DNA of 64,000 bases, from assembly GCA_041645165.1 (NCBI GenBank), contig JBAZQN010000002.1:53388-117387 (forward strand), in the 5' to 3' direction. Numbering within the stretch: the first letter of the stretch is position 1; each line of letters starts with the position of its first letter. The notes below the pieces were generated by a model. That model did not search any database. It had not been told where the DNA came from and was given only the letters and a program-made list of their open reading frames with translations. Positions 1 through 8,409 of this stretch are shown piece by piece. The position numbers and the translations under genes were made by a program. Source of the stretch: Patescibacteria group bacterium (GTDB taxonomy: Bacteria; Patescibacteriota; Patescibacteriia; 2-02-FULL-49-11).

Positions 1-12
1 AATACCATGATA

Positions 13-621
13 TTACCGCACCCATCTGCTGTTCTGCAAAAAGCTTTTTCTGTGAAAAACAGTTAACCCAAAATCCTTCACTGCCTTTTGGTGAGTCTTA
101 GTGCCATATCCTTTATGGTCGAAAAACCCGAACTGCGGGTAGAGCGCATGCGCGGCGCGCAGGAGCTTATCCCGAAATACTTTCGCGAATATGGAAGCAG
201 CGGCAATCACTGCTTCCCGCTCATCGCCTCGGACGAGAAACGTGGCAGGGTAAGGAAAGTGCGACACCGGCAACCCGTCCACAAGGACATGCTCTGCCGT
301 GATATATAACCCTTGCAGTGCCCGCACAAACGCAAGCCGATTCGCTTCCACAATCCCGAGCGCGTCTATTTCCCAATGGTGGACAATGCCGTAGGACCAT
401 TCGATGGCGTACTGCTGAAGCTGGTACGCAAAAAATTCGCGCGCCTCGGGGGTAAGCTGCTTTGAATCTTTTAAACCTGCAAGCTTAAAACGAGAAGGAC
501 ATATGACCGCGGCGGCTACAAGCGGCCCTGCCCATGCGCCCCGCCCCACTTCATCAAGTCCAATCACGCGCCCGCGCGCGGGAGAGGCTTGTGCGGCACT
601 CCATTTACTCTGTAGCAACAT
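13..621 (-). CDS. rnhB: Ribonuclease HII
   Basis: GLDEVGRGAWAGPLV, LKDSKQL, VDG, IAAASIFAKV and HKGYGT motifs. Confidence 0.97.
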   Translation of the reverse strand: MLLQSKWSAAQASPARGRVIGLDEVGRGAWAGPLVAAAVICPSRFKLAGLKDSKQLTPEAREFFAYQLQQYAIEWSYGIVHHWEIDALGIVEANRLAFVRALQGLYITAEHVLVDGLPVSHFPYPATFLVRGDEREAVIAAASIFAKVFRDKLLRAAHALYPQFGFFDHKGYGTKTHQKAVKDFGLTVFHRKSFLQNSRWVR

Positions 622-653
622 ATGCCTAAAGGAAACACAAAGTGAGCGCAGAA

Positions 654-820
654 TATACTAAGCTGCTAACCTAATTCCGATTACGTCATCCCCGACCGGG
701 ATCGGGGATCCAGAAAAAACATAAAAAACGATCGATTTTCTGTTTGTTTTTGTTATCTAGATTCCCGCCTGCGCGGGAATGACAATTGGGAAAACGGAAT
801 TGTAACAGCAATTGAGTATA
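654..820. repeat. Composite MITE-like element with nested CGTC-type palindromic repeat pair (copy 1)
   Basis: Imperfect terminal IR TATACTAAGCTGCTAACCTAATTCCG ... CGGAATTGTAACAGCAATTGAGTATA around GTCATCCCCGACCGGGATCGGGGATCCAG ... ATTCCCGCCTGCGCGGGAATGAC; homologous to 8136-8313. Confidence 0.75.
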
Positions 821-849
821 CACACCATCACACGCTCAATTATAAACGC

Positions 850-1509
850 CTATGCTATGCGGTGTCTGAAAGATTCTCTGATAATCTGCAGTGATGATTG
901 AATTACAATAAAAGCTATGATAAAGCCAATCATGACATCTGGCCACATTGAGTTAAACCTCGCCACCAAGAGGCCGGCTATAATCACTCCAATATTTGCC
1001 ACTATATCGTTGCGGGAACAAATCCATGCCGATCTCACATTTAAGTCCTTTGCCTTGTGCTTCAAGAGAAGCACAAAAGATATGGTATTTGCCGATAATG
1101 CCAGCAATCCTACCACGGTGATAGTTTCGGCAATGGGGATTATAGGATTGATGATTTTATAAATATTTTCACCAACCACGAAGAGCCCTAACACAAACAT
1201 GATAATGCCTTTTATTAAGGAGCCTTTGGCGCGCACGGATGGGTGTTTGGTAAGCACTGCGATACTGACTCCGTATACAAATGCGTCTCCCAGCATATCC
1301 AACGAGTCAGCGAGCAGCGCGTTTGAATGCGCGATGAACCCGCTTACCGCCTCCACGGCAAACATTCCTAAATTTATGAAGAACACGAGAAATAAAACCC
1401 TTTTTAAGGTTTTGCCATCGGCGTTATTGAGGTCAACCGTGCAGCAGTTGTCTTCGTGTTGAAACCCTGTGGACATAAATTGTTTTTTGTGTTTCCTGCC
1501 AATAGACAC
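850..1509 (-). CDS. Cation diffusion facilitator (CzcD-like) transporter without C-terminal cytoplasmic domain; start may be 1476
   Basis: ALLADSLDMLGD and RSAWICSRND motifs, about 6 TM helices. Confidence 0.9.
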   Translation of the reverse strand: MSIGRKHKKQFMSTGFQHEDNCCTVDLNNADGKTLKRVLFLVFFINLGMFAVEAVSGFIAHSNALLADSLDMLGDAFVYGVSIAVLTKHPSVRAKGSLIKGIIMFVLGLFVVGENIYKIINPIIPIAETITVVGLLALSANTISFVLLLKHKAKDLNVRSAWICSRNDIVANIGVIIAGLLVARFNSMWPDVMIGFIIAFIVIQSSLQIIRESFRHRIA

Positions 1510-1534
1510 GCAATCAGGCGCTAAATAAAACGCC

Positions 1535-2230
1535 TTACTTTAAATCCTTCTTTTTCTCCTCAAATTCTTTCTTTTCTATCTCGCCTTTTGCATATCTCTC
1601 TTCGAGAATATCCAAAGCAGACTTGCCGCTCCTGCTCTCGGCTTTATTGTGGCCGGCTATCCACTTCACCAAAGCAATAATTCCCGCAATTACCAAGACC
1701 CAGAAAAGAATCATAAAAATCCAGCCAAAAGGCGCGAAACCAAAATTCACCATCGACAGAGGGGTATTCACATTATTTGGCGCAGATGAGCCTGACCAGT
1801 TACCCATCATACCGCTGCCAATCATCATTTGCATCATGCCGCTGTTCATCATATTTTGGGGGATCGCCGCGTTTGGCTCACATCCCGACATTCTTTTGCC
1901 CATCGCAACGTGCATTGCCTCCTCGCCTTCTTCGCCCATCATCCGAATCATCATATTATTCATTGCTTCATGGGAATCACCGGCCATCTGTCCCATAAAA
2001 TATTCGCCAAGGGCTCCAAAATTTTCATCGGTTAGATCTGCGCAATTCGACTCTCTTGCTTGAAACTTTTCCCAAATCGCTTTTCCCTCGGCTTCTTCGC
2101 GCGCGGTATGTCCATCATCACTTTGCGCCGCGGTGTTATTGAAACCCATCATACCTTGGGCAAGTGAGGGCATTGGAAGAGCGAGGTTGAAAATAAAGAT
2201 CAAAATTGCAAGTGAAGGCAATTTTTTCAT
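1535..2230 (-). CDS. Met-rich membrane protein with C-terminal SHOCT domain
   Basis: Signal peptide, Met-rich middle, TM helix, ALDILEERYAKGEIEKKEFEEKK. Confidence 0.85.
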   Translation of the reverse strand: MKKLPSLAILIFIFNLALPMPSLAQGMMGFNNTAAQSDDGHTAREEAEGKAIWEKFQARESNCADLTDENFGALGEYFMGQMAGDSHEAMNNMMIRMMGEEGEEAMHVAMGKRMSGCEPNAAIPQNMMNSGMMQMMIGSGMMGNWSGSSAPNNVNTPLSMVNFGFAPFGWIFMILFWVLVIAGIIALVKWIAGHNKAESRSGKSALDILEERYAKGEIEKKEFEEKKKDLK

Positions 2231-2232
2231 AA

Positions 2233-2556
2233 TTAGAAGGTTAATACTTTATCGCATTCTTGCACTATGGCGTATAAATCTTTCATACTACTCATGGGGC
2301 AGGTAGTGGTCGCTTCCTGGTCCCTCAATTTTAAACAAGTGCCGCACGCCATAATGTGCGCCTTGTCTGACTTTAAAAAATCCGCCGCTTGTGCTTGAAT
2401 ATTGAACTTTTCGGAACTTGCTTTTTCATACTCCACCCCTTCTCCCACAAGAAAAATTTTAACCTCATCGCCCTCTTGAAGAGCGAAATTTGCCAAACGA
2501 AAAGCGTTCCACACGGTCTCCGGATTTGTTTGGCTGATGATGATTCCCAGTTTCAT
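2233..2556 (-). CDS. DsrE/DsrF-family protein
   Basis: WNAFRLA, IFLVGEGV, ACGTCLKLR, CDKVLTF. Confidence 0.9.
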   Translation of the reverse strand: MKLGIIISQTNPETVWNAFRLANFALQEGDEVKIFLVGEGVEYEKASSEKFNIQAQAADFLKSDKAHIMACGTCLKLRDQEATTTCPMSSMKDLYAIVQECDKVLTF

Positions 2557-2653
2557 AATAGTTTTGGTTATTTTTAGGTTCTTCAGACATTTGTGTGGGG
2601 GTCATCGACTCGCAGGCTCCGCACCCTCAGAAAGACCCACTGTGTCTCTCTAG

Positions 2654-2691
2654 AGCCCCTCTTAAGATAAGAGGGGTGAGGGGAGTTATGA
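2654..2691. repeat. Short palindromic repeat CCCCTCTTAAGATAAGAGGGG plus GGGGAGTTA tail; related element at 32578-32616
   Basis: Hairpin visible; similar architecture upstream of trmB3. Confidence 0.5.
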
Positions 2692-2710
2692 GTGAACGAG
2701 CAGCAATAGC

Positions 2711-2865
2711 GCTTAATGTGCGCGGGATATGCGAAGTTCCACGAAGACAAACCGCGGGCTCGGCTTAAATGAAAGTGAGCGAAGTGGCGAGTATCCTTTA
2801 AGTTTACGCGAAACGGAACGAAGAGCGGGCGGTAGACTGTAGCCGCATACACGCTGTTATGTGAT
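2711..2865 (-). mobile_element. attC-like recombination site with degenerate R' (ATTAAGC)
   Basis: Minus strand ATCACATAAC-AGCGTGTATGCG ... CGCATATCCCGC-GCAC-ATTAAGC; L boxes pair; begins about 40 nt after the stop of ORF 2908-3897. Confidence 0.65.
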
Positions 2866-2907
2866 GTAAATTTTATATATTTTTTTGAATAAAAACAAAT
2901 TTTATTT

Positions 2908-3897
2908 TTATTTTTTCATAATCTTTAATTCAGGTAAAGTAACCTCCCGCTCTCTTTCTGCTTCGTATCCAGTTTCCCTTTGCCACCTGTTAAGATGCTC
3001 TCTAATGTACTCTTGTTTTTGCTCGTCGGTTAAATGTAGTCGTGGGTATACGTCAACTTCAAGATATTCAGCATCTTCCCATTCATCTTTTTCAATCCTT
3101 CTATTACTTCGTGAGATTATTTCTGGTAAAGTGTGGGAAGTGATAATTTTTGGCTCAAGCCAGTCTTTTGTATGCTCTGCGTAGGGACGTAACCCACGTT
3201 CTTGCTCGGTATCTAGCGTTGGCAGCCTAAATACTGTCGTCTGAATATACGGTTTTTGTTCGTTTACCTCGCGGAGGTATTTCTCCATTTCTCGCTTGGC
3301 AATACAAAAAGAGCGTAAATGTTGTAACTCCGAAGGGTGTTTTTCATATTCATTTTCAACAATTGAACCAAAAGCAACAAATTCACATGATAGTTGTTTG
3401 CCTTGTTTTCGCAACTCTGTCATTTTTTCATCAATCGTTTCTATAATCCTTTTTGTAAGTTCAACATTTGATTCTCTCACCTCATCGTCTATTCCATCTC
3501 CGTCGTTGTCAATCTCGGGTTTCCCATCTAGCTCGGGTTTAAATTTGCCAACAGTATGAATAACAATAATCCTTTTGTATTCATTAAGGTGCATTTCAGA
3601 TAGAGCTTTCTCTAAACTTCCTTTGTTATTGAAGTCAACTTCTAAATAAGTTACGTCGTCCTCTGAAACGAGTTTCTCGCCAGTTAGATCTCTCCTATGT
3701 AGGCCGATTACTCTCTTTTTGTCTTGTGCGATGTCAGAAAAAGTTTTCAAATACTCTTGGGCTAGGGCTCCTTGAGCTCCTGTTATAACGACAACTGTTT
3801 CTTCGGGCAGGCCGCTCAAACTCCTAACAGCCCATTCTTGTTGTTGGGTATATTTTGGATCGCGTTCTTTTTTTGTAAGTGGGTATCTTTTTTTCAT
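2908..3897 (-). CDS. Atypical SDR/Rossmann-fold protein with DxDxDG loop (cassette cargo)
   Basis: VVVITGAQGALA glycine motif, VAFGS, FCIAK in place of YxxxK, IDNDGDGIDDE. Confidence 0.65.
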   Translation of the reverse strand: MKKRYPLTKKERDPKYTQQQEWAVRSLSGLPEETVVVITGAQGALAQEYLKTFSDIAQDKKRVIGLHRRDLTGEKLVSEDDVTYLEVDFNNKGSLEKALSEMHLNEYKRIIVIHTVGKFKPELDGKPEIDNDGDGIDDEVRESNVELTKRIIETIDEKMTELRKQGKQLSCEFVAFGSIVENEYEKHPSELQHLRSFCIAKREMEKYLREVNEQKPYIQTTVFRLPTLDTEQERGLRPYAEHTKDWLEPKIITSHTLPEIISRSNRRIEKDEWEDAEYLEVDVYPRLHLTDEQKQEYIREHLNRWQRETGYEAEREREVTLPELKIMKK

Positions 3898-4032
3898 TTG
3901 TGAGTTGTTTTATATTCCTATCTTAAATAAAATTTCTAGCCTGATTTCTTCCGCAAGGGGGAATTAATGAGGTGAATGCGGAAGACGCCAAAACACCTTA
4001 GTATTTTATCATAATGTAACGAGTACCGTGTT

Positions 4033-4992
4033 TTACTTCCCCAACGCTTCGATTATTTGTTTATATAGACCGTTACTATAATCCTTAATTTCTCCACGCT
4101 CGAATGATAGATCGGCAATAGATGAGCCAGTTCTGAATAATGATTCTTCTTCTTGTTTTTTCTCTGCCGGTTCAATGAATAACGCATCGCCTCTATAGAA
4201 TAGTCTATAGCTTACATTCCCGTAAGATACCTGCGCTTCATGTCCGAATTTTAACTTCTTGAATTTTCCGCTTGAGACGAGTGAGTCAATGCGAGGTTGT
4301 AACTGTCGTAGGTATTCTTTATCCTTCTCTTTTTGTAAACGCTTTTGCTCTTCTTTCCATTTCTTTGCTTTTTCCTTCTCTTGAAGTCCTGCCTGAATTT
4401 GTTCTTGATTCGGTAATTTATTCATGAATTGCTCCACGTCAGCCAATGAAAGTTCCTTGAGATACCTTGATTCTCCTTTTTTCGGTATGTATCCCATCTT
4501 GCCCAACTCTTGATTCAACTCTTGATAAGTCTTAAGAGTAAATGAACTGTCAGGTTGTTTTAGAGCACTCGCAAGTCCAAAAATTTGTGGACCTCCCTGG
4601 TTAAAATTAACATTGTAGTGAACATTATCTTCATCGGTTTTGAAACGGAATGTATCCAAATTATAATTAATTTCTTTTCCTACATTGCTTGGGTTTCGCA
4701 TATATTCAAAGTCAAACCCTTCATAATTAACTCCTTTCCATCCGTCACCATACTTTTCCATAAGAGTTGCGACTTGTTCAAACCATTCCTTCATACGCTC
4801 GAGTATACGTTTTTCTACAGCTTCTTTAGATTCTTGCGATTGCAGTATTTCAACTGCCCCTTTTACCACCTTTGGTGTACCAGCAAAGAAGGCAGCTTTA
4901 GCAAAAGTTTCTAGGAATCCCCGCCTATTCGGATGAAGCTTTTCTTGTTTGTTTTGTTCATCGGTTGGTATCTCTTGTTCTCGTCGTTCCAT
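4033..4992 (-). CDS. Hypothetical protein with twin-arginine-like N-terminal motif (cassette cargo)
   Basis: 319-aa AT-rich ORF; NRRGFLETFAKAAFFAG. Confidence 0.7.
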   Translation of the reverse strand: MERREQEIPTDEQNKQEKLHPNRRGFLETFAKAAFFAGTPKVVKGAVEILQSQESKEAVEKRILERMKEWFEQVATLMEKYGDGWKGVNYEGFDFEYMRNPSNVGKEINYNLDTFRFKTDEDNVHYNVNFNQGGPQIFGLASALKQPDSSFTLKTYQELNQELGKMGYIPKKGESRYLKELSLADVEQFMNKLPNQEQIQAGLQEKEKAKKWKEEQKRLQKEKDKEYLRQLQPRIDSLVSSGKFKKLKFGHEAQVSYGNVSYRLFYRGDALFIEPAEKKQEEESLFRTGSSIADLSFERGEIKDYSNGLYKQIIEALGK

Positions 4993-5055
4993 ACAAAATA
5001 AATCATTTTCGGCGCTAAGCGGAAAAAACTCCGCTTATTCCCCTCTGAAATATAT

Positions 5056-5085
5056 ATCACATAACTGGTTGATATCTAAACTTAG
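5056..5085 (-). mobile_element. Cassette core site GTTATGTGAT (crossover point), possible attI remnant
   Basis: Minus strand GATATCAACCA-GTTATGTGAT; exact 10-bp inverted match to 2856-2865. Confidence 0.55.
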
Positions 5086-5144
5086 TGATAGATAACAACT
5101 GAAAATGACATGTTTTACTCCTCCGCGAAACTAATTTCGATTCC

Positions 5145-5242
5145 GTAGTAGCCGACTCCGCTAAAGTAGCCTTTGGCTACGACGGCAGGATACGCCGAGC
5201 AGACTTCGCCAGAGCAGCCTCTGGCTGCGTCGGCTGAAAGCT
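5145..5242. repeat. Cluster of short hairpins (GTAGCCTTTGGCTAC, GCAGCCTCTGGCTGC)
   Basis: Two related perfect stem-loops in intergenic DNA. Confidence 0.5.
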
Positions 5243-5488
5243 TATGATCCCGTATACTACCTTCATTTCTTTGCTGTTTCGCTACGGCGCATTATACCGA
5301 ATTTTCAGAAATAAGATAGCAAGGGGGTATATCTGGAATGTGCGGCTCTTATGAATGGTGATGAAGAGGCGCTTGCTTCCAATAATGACAAGGAAAGATT
5401 AAGCCTTCGGCATAATCGCGGACTTACGCAGAATGTTATCCCGCTTCGCGGGACCTTAATCGCGGAATAACGCGGAAATTAAATATGG

Positions 5489-6775
5489 CTACTTGATTAC
5501 CCCCTTTGCGCGCATGGCCGCCTCTAACCGCGCGAGCGCCAAAAGGTAGGCCGCGGTGCGGTAGGTCACCTTCCGCTCGCGGGCGATATCCCGCACCACG
5601 CGGTAGGATGAGAGCATTTTTTCCTTCAATCGGGCTCCCACTTCTGCCGCGCTCCAGCTCACTCCTTGTATGTTTTGCGCCCACTCAAAATAGGAAACTG
5701 TGACTCCCCCCATATTTGCAAGCACATCCGGCAGCACCATAATGCCGCGCCGTTCTAAAATGGTATCTGCCTCCGGCGTAGTGGGGCCGTTGGCCATTTC
5801 GCATACAATCTTTGCCTTAATTTTTTTCGCATTTTTTTCAGTGATGACATTTTCAACCGCCGCGGGCACGACAATATCCACATCCATAGTAAGGATTTGT
5901 TCGGGAGAAATCTTCTTATAATGCACGCAATCGCAGACTGATCCTTTGCAGTAGCATCCAGAGATCATTCCTTTTTCCTGCTTTTCCTGGAGTATGTGGA
6001 AAGGGTCCATGCCCGGTTCTTTCCCTTTCCCATTGTTATCGCAGATTCCGTTCCGGGAATCAGCGATTCCTACAATTTTATACCCGCGCGCGTGCAACGC
6101 TTTCGCCATTGCATACCCTACATTGCCGAATCCTTGCACCGCCACAGTCGTTTTCTTCGGGTCCATTCCCTTATCTCTCACATACTGATCAAGCACTATC
6201 GCGCCGCCTTCGCCGGTGGCCGACTCTCTGCCTTGGCTTCCTCCCAAAGGGATGGGTTTGCCCGTAACCACCGCAGGCGCGTGCTCTCCCGTCAAGAGTT
6301 CATACTCGTCCAACATCCATGCCATTATTTTTGCGTTGGTATTCACATCAGGCGCAGGCACATCCTGCCAAGGGCCGATAAACCGGTACAGCGCGCGCGT
6401 AAATCCGCGCGTGAGGCGCTCAAGCTCTCCTTCGGATAATTGTTTAGGATCCACTTTCACGCCGCCTTTCGCTCCTCCATAGGGAATATCCGCGATCGCG
6501 CACTTCATGGTCATCCAAAACGCAAGCGCCTTCACCTCGTTCTCGCTCACCACGGGCGCATACCTGATACCGCCCTTATAAGGGCCCCTAAGGCTCGAGT
6601 GCTGCACCCGATACCCCTCAAAAAATCTTGTGGCGCCGTCATCCATGCGCACCGGAATCGTGAAATTGAGCGTGCGCTCAGGGTACGTGAGCGCCTCAAG
6701 CGCCTTGGGGTCAACAACCCCAAGGCTTGCCGCCTTCTTTAATTGTGTGAGTGCTTGATTAAATAGATTGGCCAT
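5489..6775 (-). CDS. gdhA: Glu/Leu/Phe/Val dehydrogenase (glutamate dehydrogenase)
   Basis: GPYKGGIRY, GGAKGG, DVPAPDVNT, VQGFGNVG, ANGPTT, GGVTVSYFEW. Confidence 0.96.
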   Translation of the reverse strand: MANLFNQALTQLKKAASLGVVDPKALEALTYPERTLNFTIPVRMDDGATRFFEGYRVQHSSLRGPYKGGIRYAPVVSENEVKALAFWMTMKCAIADIPYGGAKGGVKVDPKQLSEGELERLTRGFTRALYRFIGPWQDVPAPDVNTNAKIMAWMLDEYELLTGEHAPAVVTGKPIPLGGSQGRESATGEGGAIVLDQYVRDKGMDPKKTTVAVQGFGNVGYAMAKALHARGYKIVGIADSRNGICDNNGKGKEPGMDPFHILQEKQEKGMISGCYCKGSVCDCVHYKKISPEQILTMDVDIVVPAAVENVITEKNAKKIKAKIVCEMANGPTTPEADTILERRGIMVLPDVLANMGGVTVSYFEWAQNIQGVSWSAAEVGARLKEKMLSSYRVVRDIARERKVTYRTAAYLLALARLEAAMRAKGVIK

Positions 6776-6783
6776 AAAATATT

Positions 6784-6932
6784 AATTCAAAATTCAAAAT
6801 GTCACCGCAGAAGCGGGATTCCGCATACCATTGAAACCAATGATAAGGTGCGGGACAAACATCAAAATGATGGAGTCCCGCGAAGCGGGACGAAATACCT
6901 TCATTTTGATTTTTAATTTTTTGATTTTGCAT
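6784..6932. repeat. Heptamer-flanked hairpin element (copy 1)
   Basis: AATTCAAAATTCAAAAT ... TAAGGTGCGGGACA ... TCCCGCGAAGCGGGA ... CCTTCATTTTGA ... TTTTGCATT; homologous to 39376-39519 and, inverted, to 25891-25993. Confidence 0.75.
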
Positions 6933-8121
6933 TCGCCAGAAATGCCTGCAAACCCTTCTCCAACACTGCCATCGCTATCTCCAAATCTTTTACCTTAAGC
7001 ACATACGCGATCCGCACCTCGTTCCTTCCCTTTCCCGGGGTGGAATAAAAGTCCTCTCCCGGCGTTACAAACACCGTCTTGCCCTCATGCTGAAATTCCC
7101 CCAGCATGAATTTCACGAAGTCCTCGCTGTTCTTCACGGGAAGAGTGGCCATGAGGTAAAAGGCTCCTTCTGGCTGGTGTACTTTCACGCCCTGCATTTT
7201 GCGCAATGCCCCGTACACCGCATCGCGCCTGCGACGGTACTCATTGCGGATATCATCAAGGTATTTTTGAGAACCCGTGAGGAGTGGATTCACCGCAATC
7301 TGCTCAATGGTGGGCGAAGAGAGTCTTGCCTGCGCAAGCTTTAAGGCATTCGCCATCACGTCCGGACTCGTGCTTGCGAGACAGCCGACACGCGCGCCGC
7401 ACAGGTTCATGCGTTTCGATGCGCTGTCCGTGAGGATGACATAAGGCGCCGCACCTGGAATTTCGTAAATACTCACTGTTTTCTTTCCCACAAACACCAA
7501 GTCGCGGTAGGTTTCATCCGCAATGATCCATAAGTGATATTTTTTTGCGACCGCCGCGACCCGCGCCAGTTCCTTGCGGGTGAATACTGCGCCAGTGGGA
7601 TTATTCGGATTAATCACCACCATTGCTCTTGTCCGTTTCGTCACTGCCTTTTCAATCACTTTCCGCGAAGGAAGATGATACCCGTTATCAGAAGAAAGCG
7701 TCACAGGCACGAGCTTGATATTAAGTGCCCCCGCATAGCTTTTATAGCTCGAGTAGAGAGGTTCAAATACGATAATCTCATCGCCGGGATCGCAGGTTAT
7801 CGCCATGGAAAAGAAAATCGCTTCGCTCCCGCCAGTGGTGATAAGGACATCCTTGGGGGCAAGAGGCAATCCGCGACGCTGGAAGTAGGTGGACCACGCC
7901 TCTTGTGCTTCGGCAAGACCCGTGGATGGCGCATAGGCAAGCACGCCCTTGCGCCATTTGGAAACCTCTTTCCAAAACGCAGTAGGAGCCAATAAATCCG
8001 GCTGGCCAATATTGAGCGCATACACTTTGACGCCGCGCTTCGTGGCAGCCTGCGCCGCGGGAAGGTACTTGCGGATAGGAGATGCGATCATCTCATTTGC
8101 GCGTTTAGAAATGGTAGGCAT
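6913..8121 (-). CDS. PLP-dependent aminotransferase class I/II (aspartate aminotransferase-like)
   Basis: LNIGQPD, TTGGSEA, NPNNPTG, ADETY, DSASKRMNLCGARVG, PEGAFY. Confidence 0.95.
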   Translation of the reverse strand: MPTISKRANEMIASPIRKYLPAAQAATKRGVKVYALNIGQPDLLAPTAFWKEVSKWRKGVLAYAPSTGLAEAQEAWSTYFQRRGLPLAPKDVLITTGGSEAIFFSMAITCDPGDEIIVFEPLYSSYKSYAGALNIKLVPVTLSSDNGYHLPSRKVIEKAVTKRTRAMVVINPNNPTGAVFTRKELARVAAVAKKYHLWIIADETYRDLVFVGKKTVSIYEIPGAAPYVILTDSASKRMNLCGARVGCLASTSPDVMANALKLAQARLSSPTIEQIAVNPLLTGSQKYLDDIRNEYRRRRDAVYGALRKMQGVKVHQPEGAFYLMATLPVKNSEDFVKFMLGEFQHEGKTVFVTPGEDFYSTPGKGRNEVRIAYVLKVKDLEIAMAVLEKGLQAFLANAKSKN

Positions 8122-8135
8122 TGCTTTAATGTAAG

Positions 8136-8313
8136 TATACTAGATTGCTAACCTAATTCTGATAATGTCATTCCTGACCGAGATCAGGAATCCAGACAAA
8201 AAACAAACAACAAATCGGTGTTTTCTTTTGGTTTCTCGCTGGAGTTTACCCCGTACCGCGATACGGGGCGGGAATGACGTTGAAAATCGGAATTTGAATA
8301 GCAATGCACTATA
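8136..8313. repeat. Composite MITE-like element with nested CGTC-type repeat pair (copy 2)
   Basis: TATACTAGATTGCTAACCTAATTCTGAT ... GTCATTCCTGACCGAGATCAGGAATCCAG ... GGGAATGAC ... ATCGGAATTTGAATAGCAATGCACTATA. Confidence 0.75.
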
Positions 8314-8409
8314 ACACAGTGAATATATCTATTTAGACCTTGGGATAGCCGGCATCTTCGGCACATAGGCCATCCCGTCTCGCGGGTTCGCCCCAAAGCA
8401 GTTTGAGAC

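Noticed and set aside
2583-2852. 89-aa ORF, and ORFs 8184-8489 and 60368-60825
   Set aside because: They run through attC-like or palindromic repeat DNA; no coding signal.
3944-5046. Extra attC between or before the two cassette ORFs (hairpins at 3947-3985 and 5016-5037)
   Set aside because: Short hairpins without RYYYAAC/GTTRRRY ends; possibly another minor repeat.
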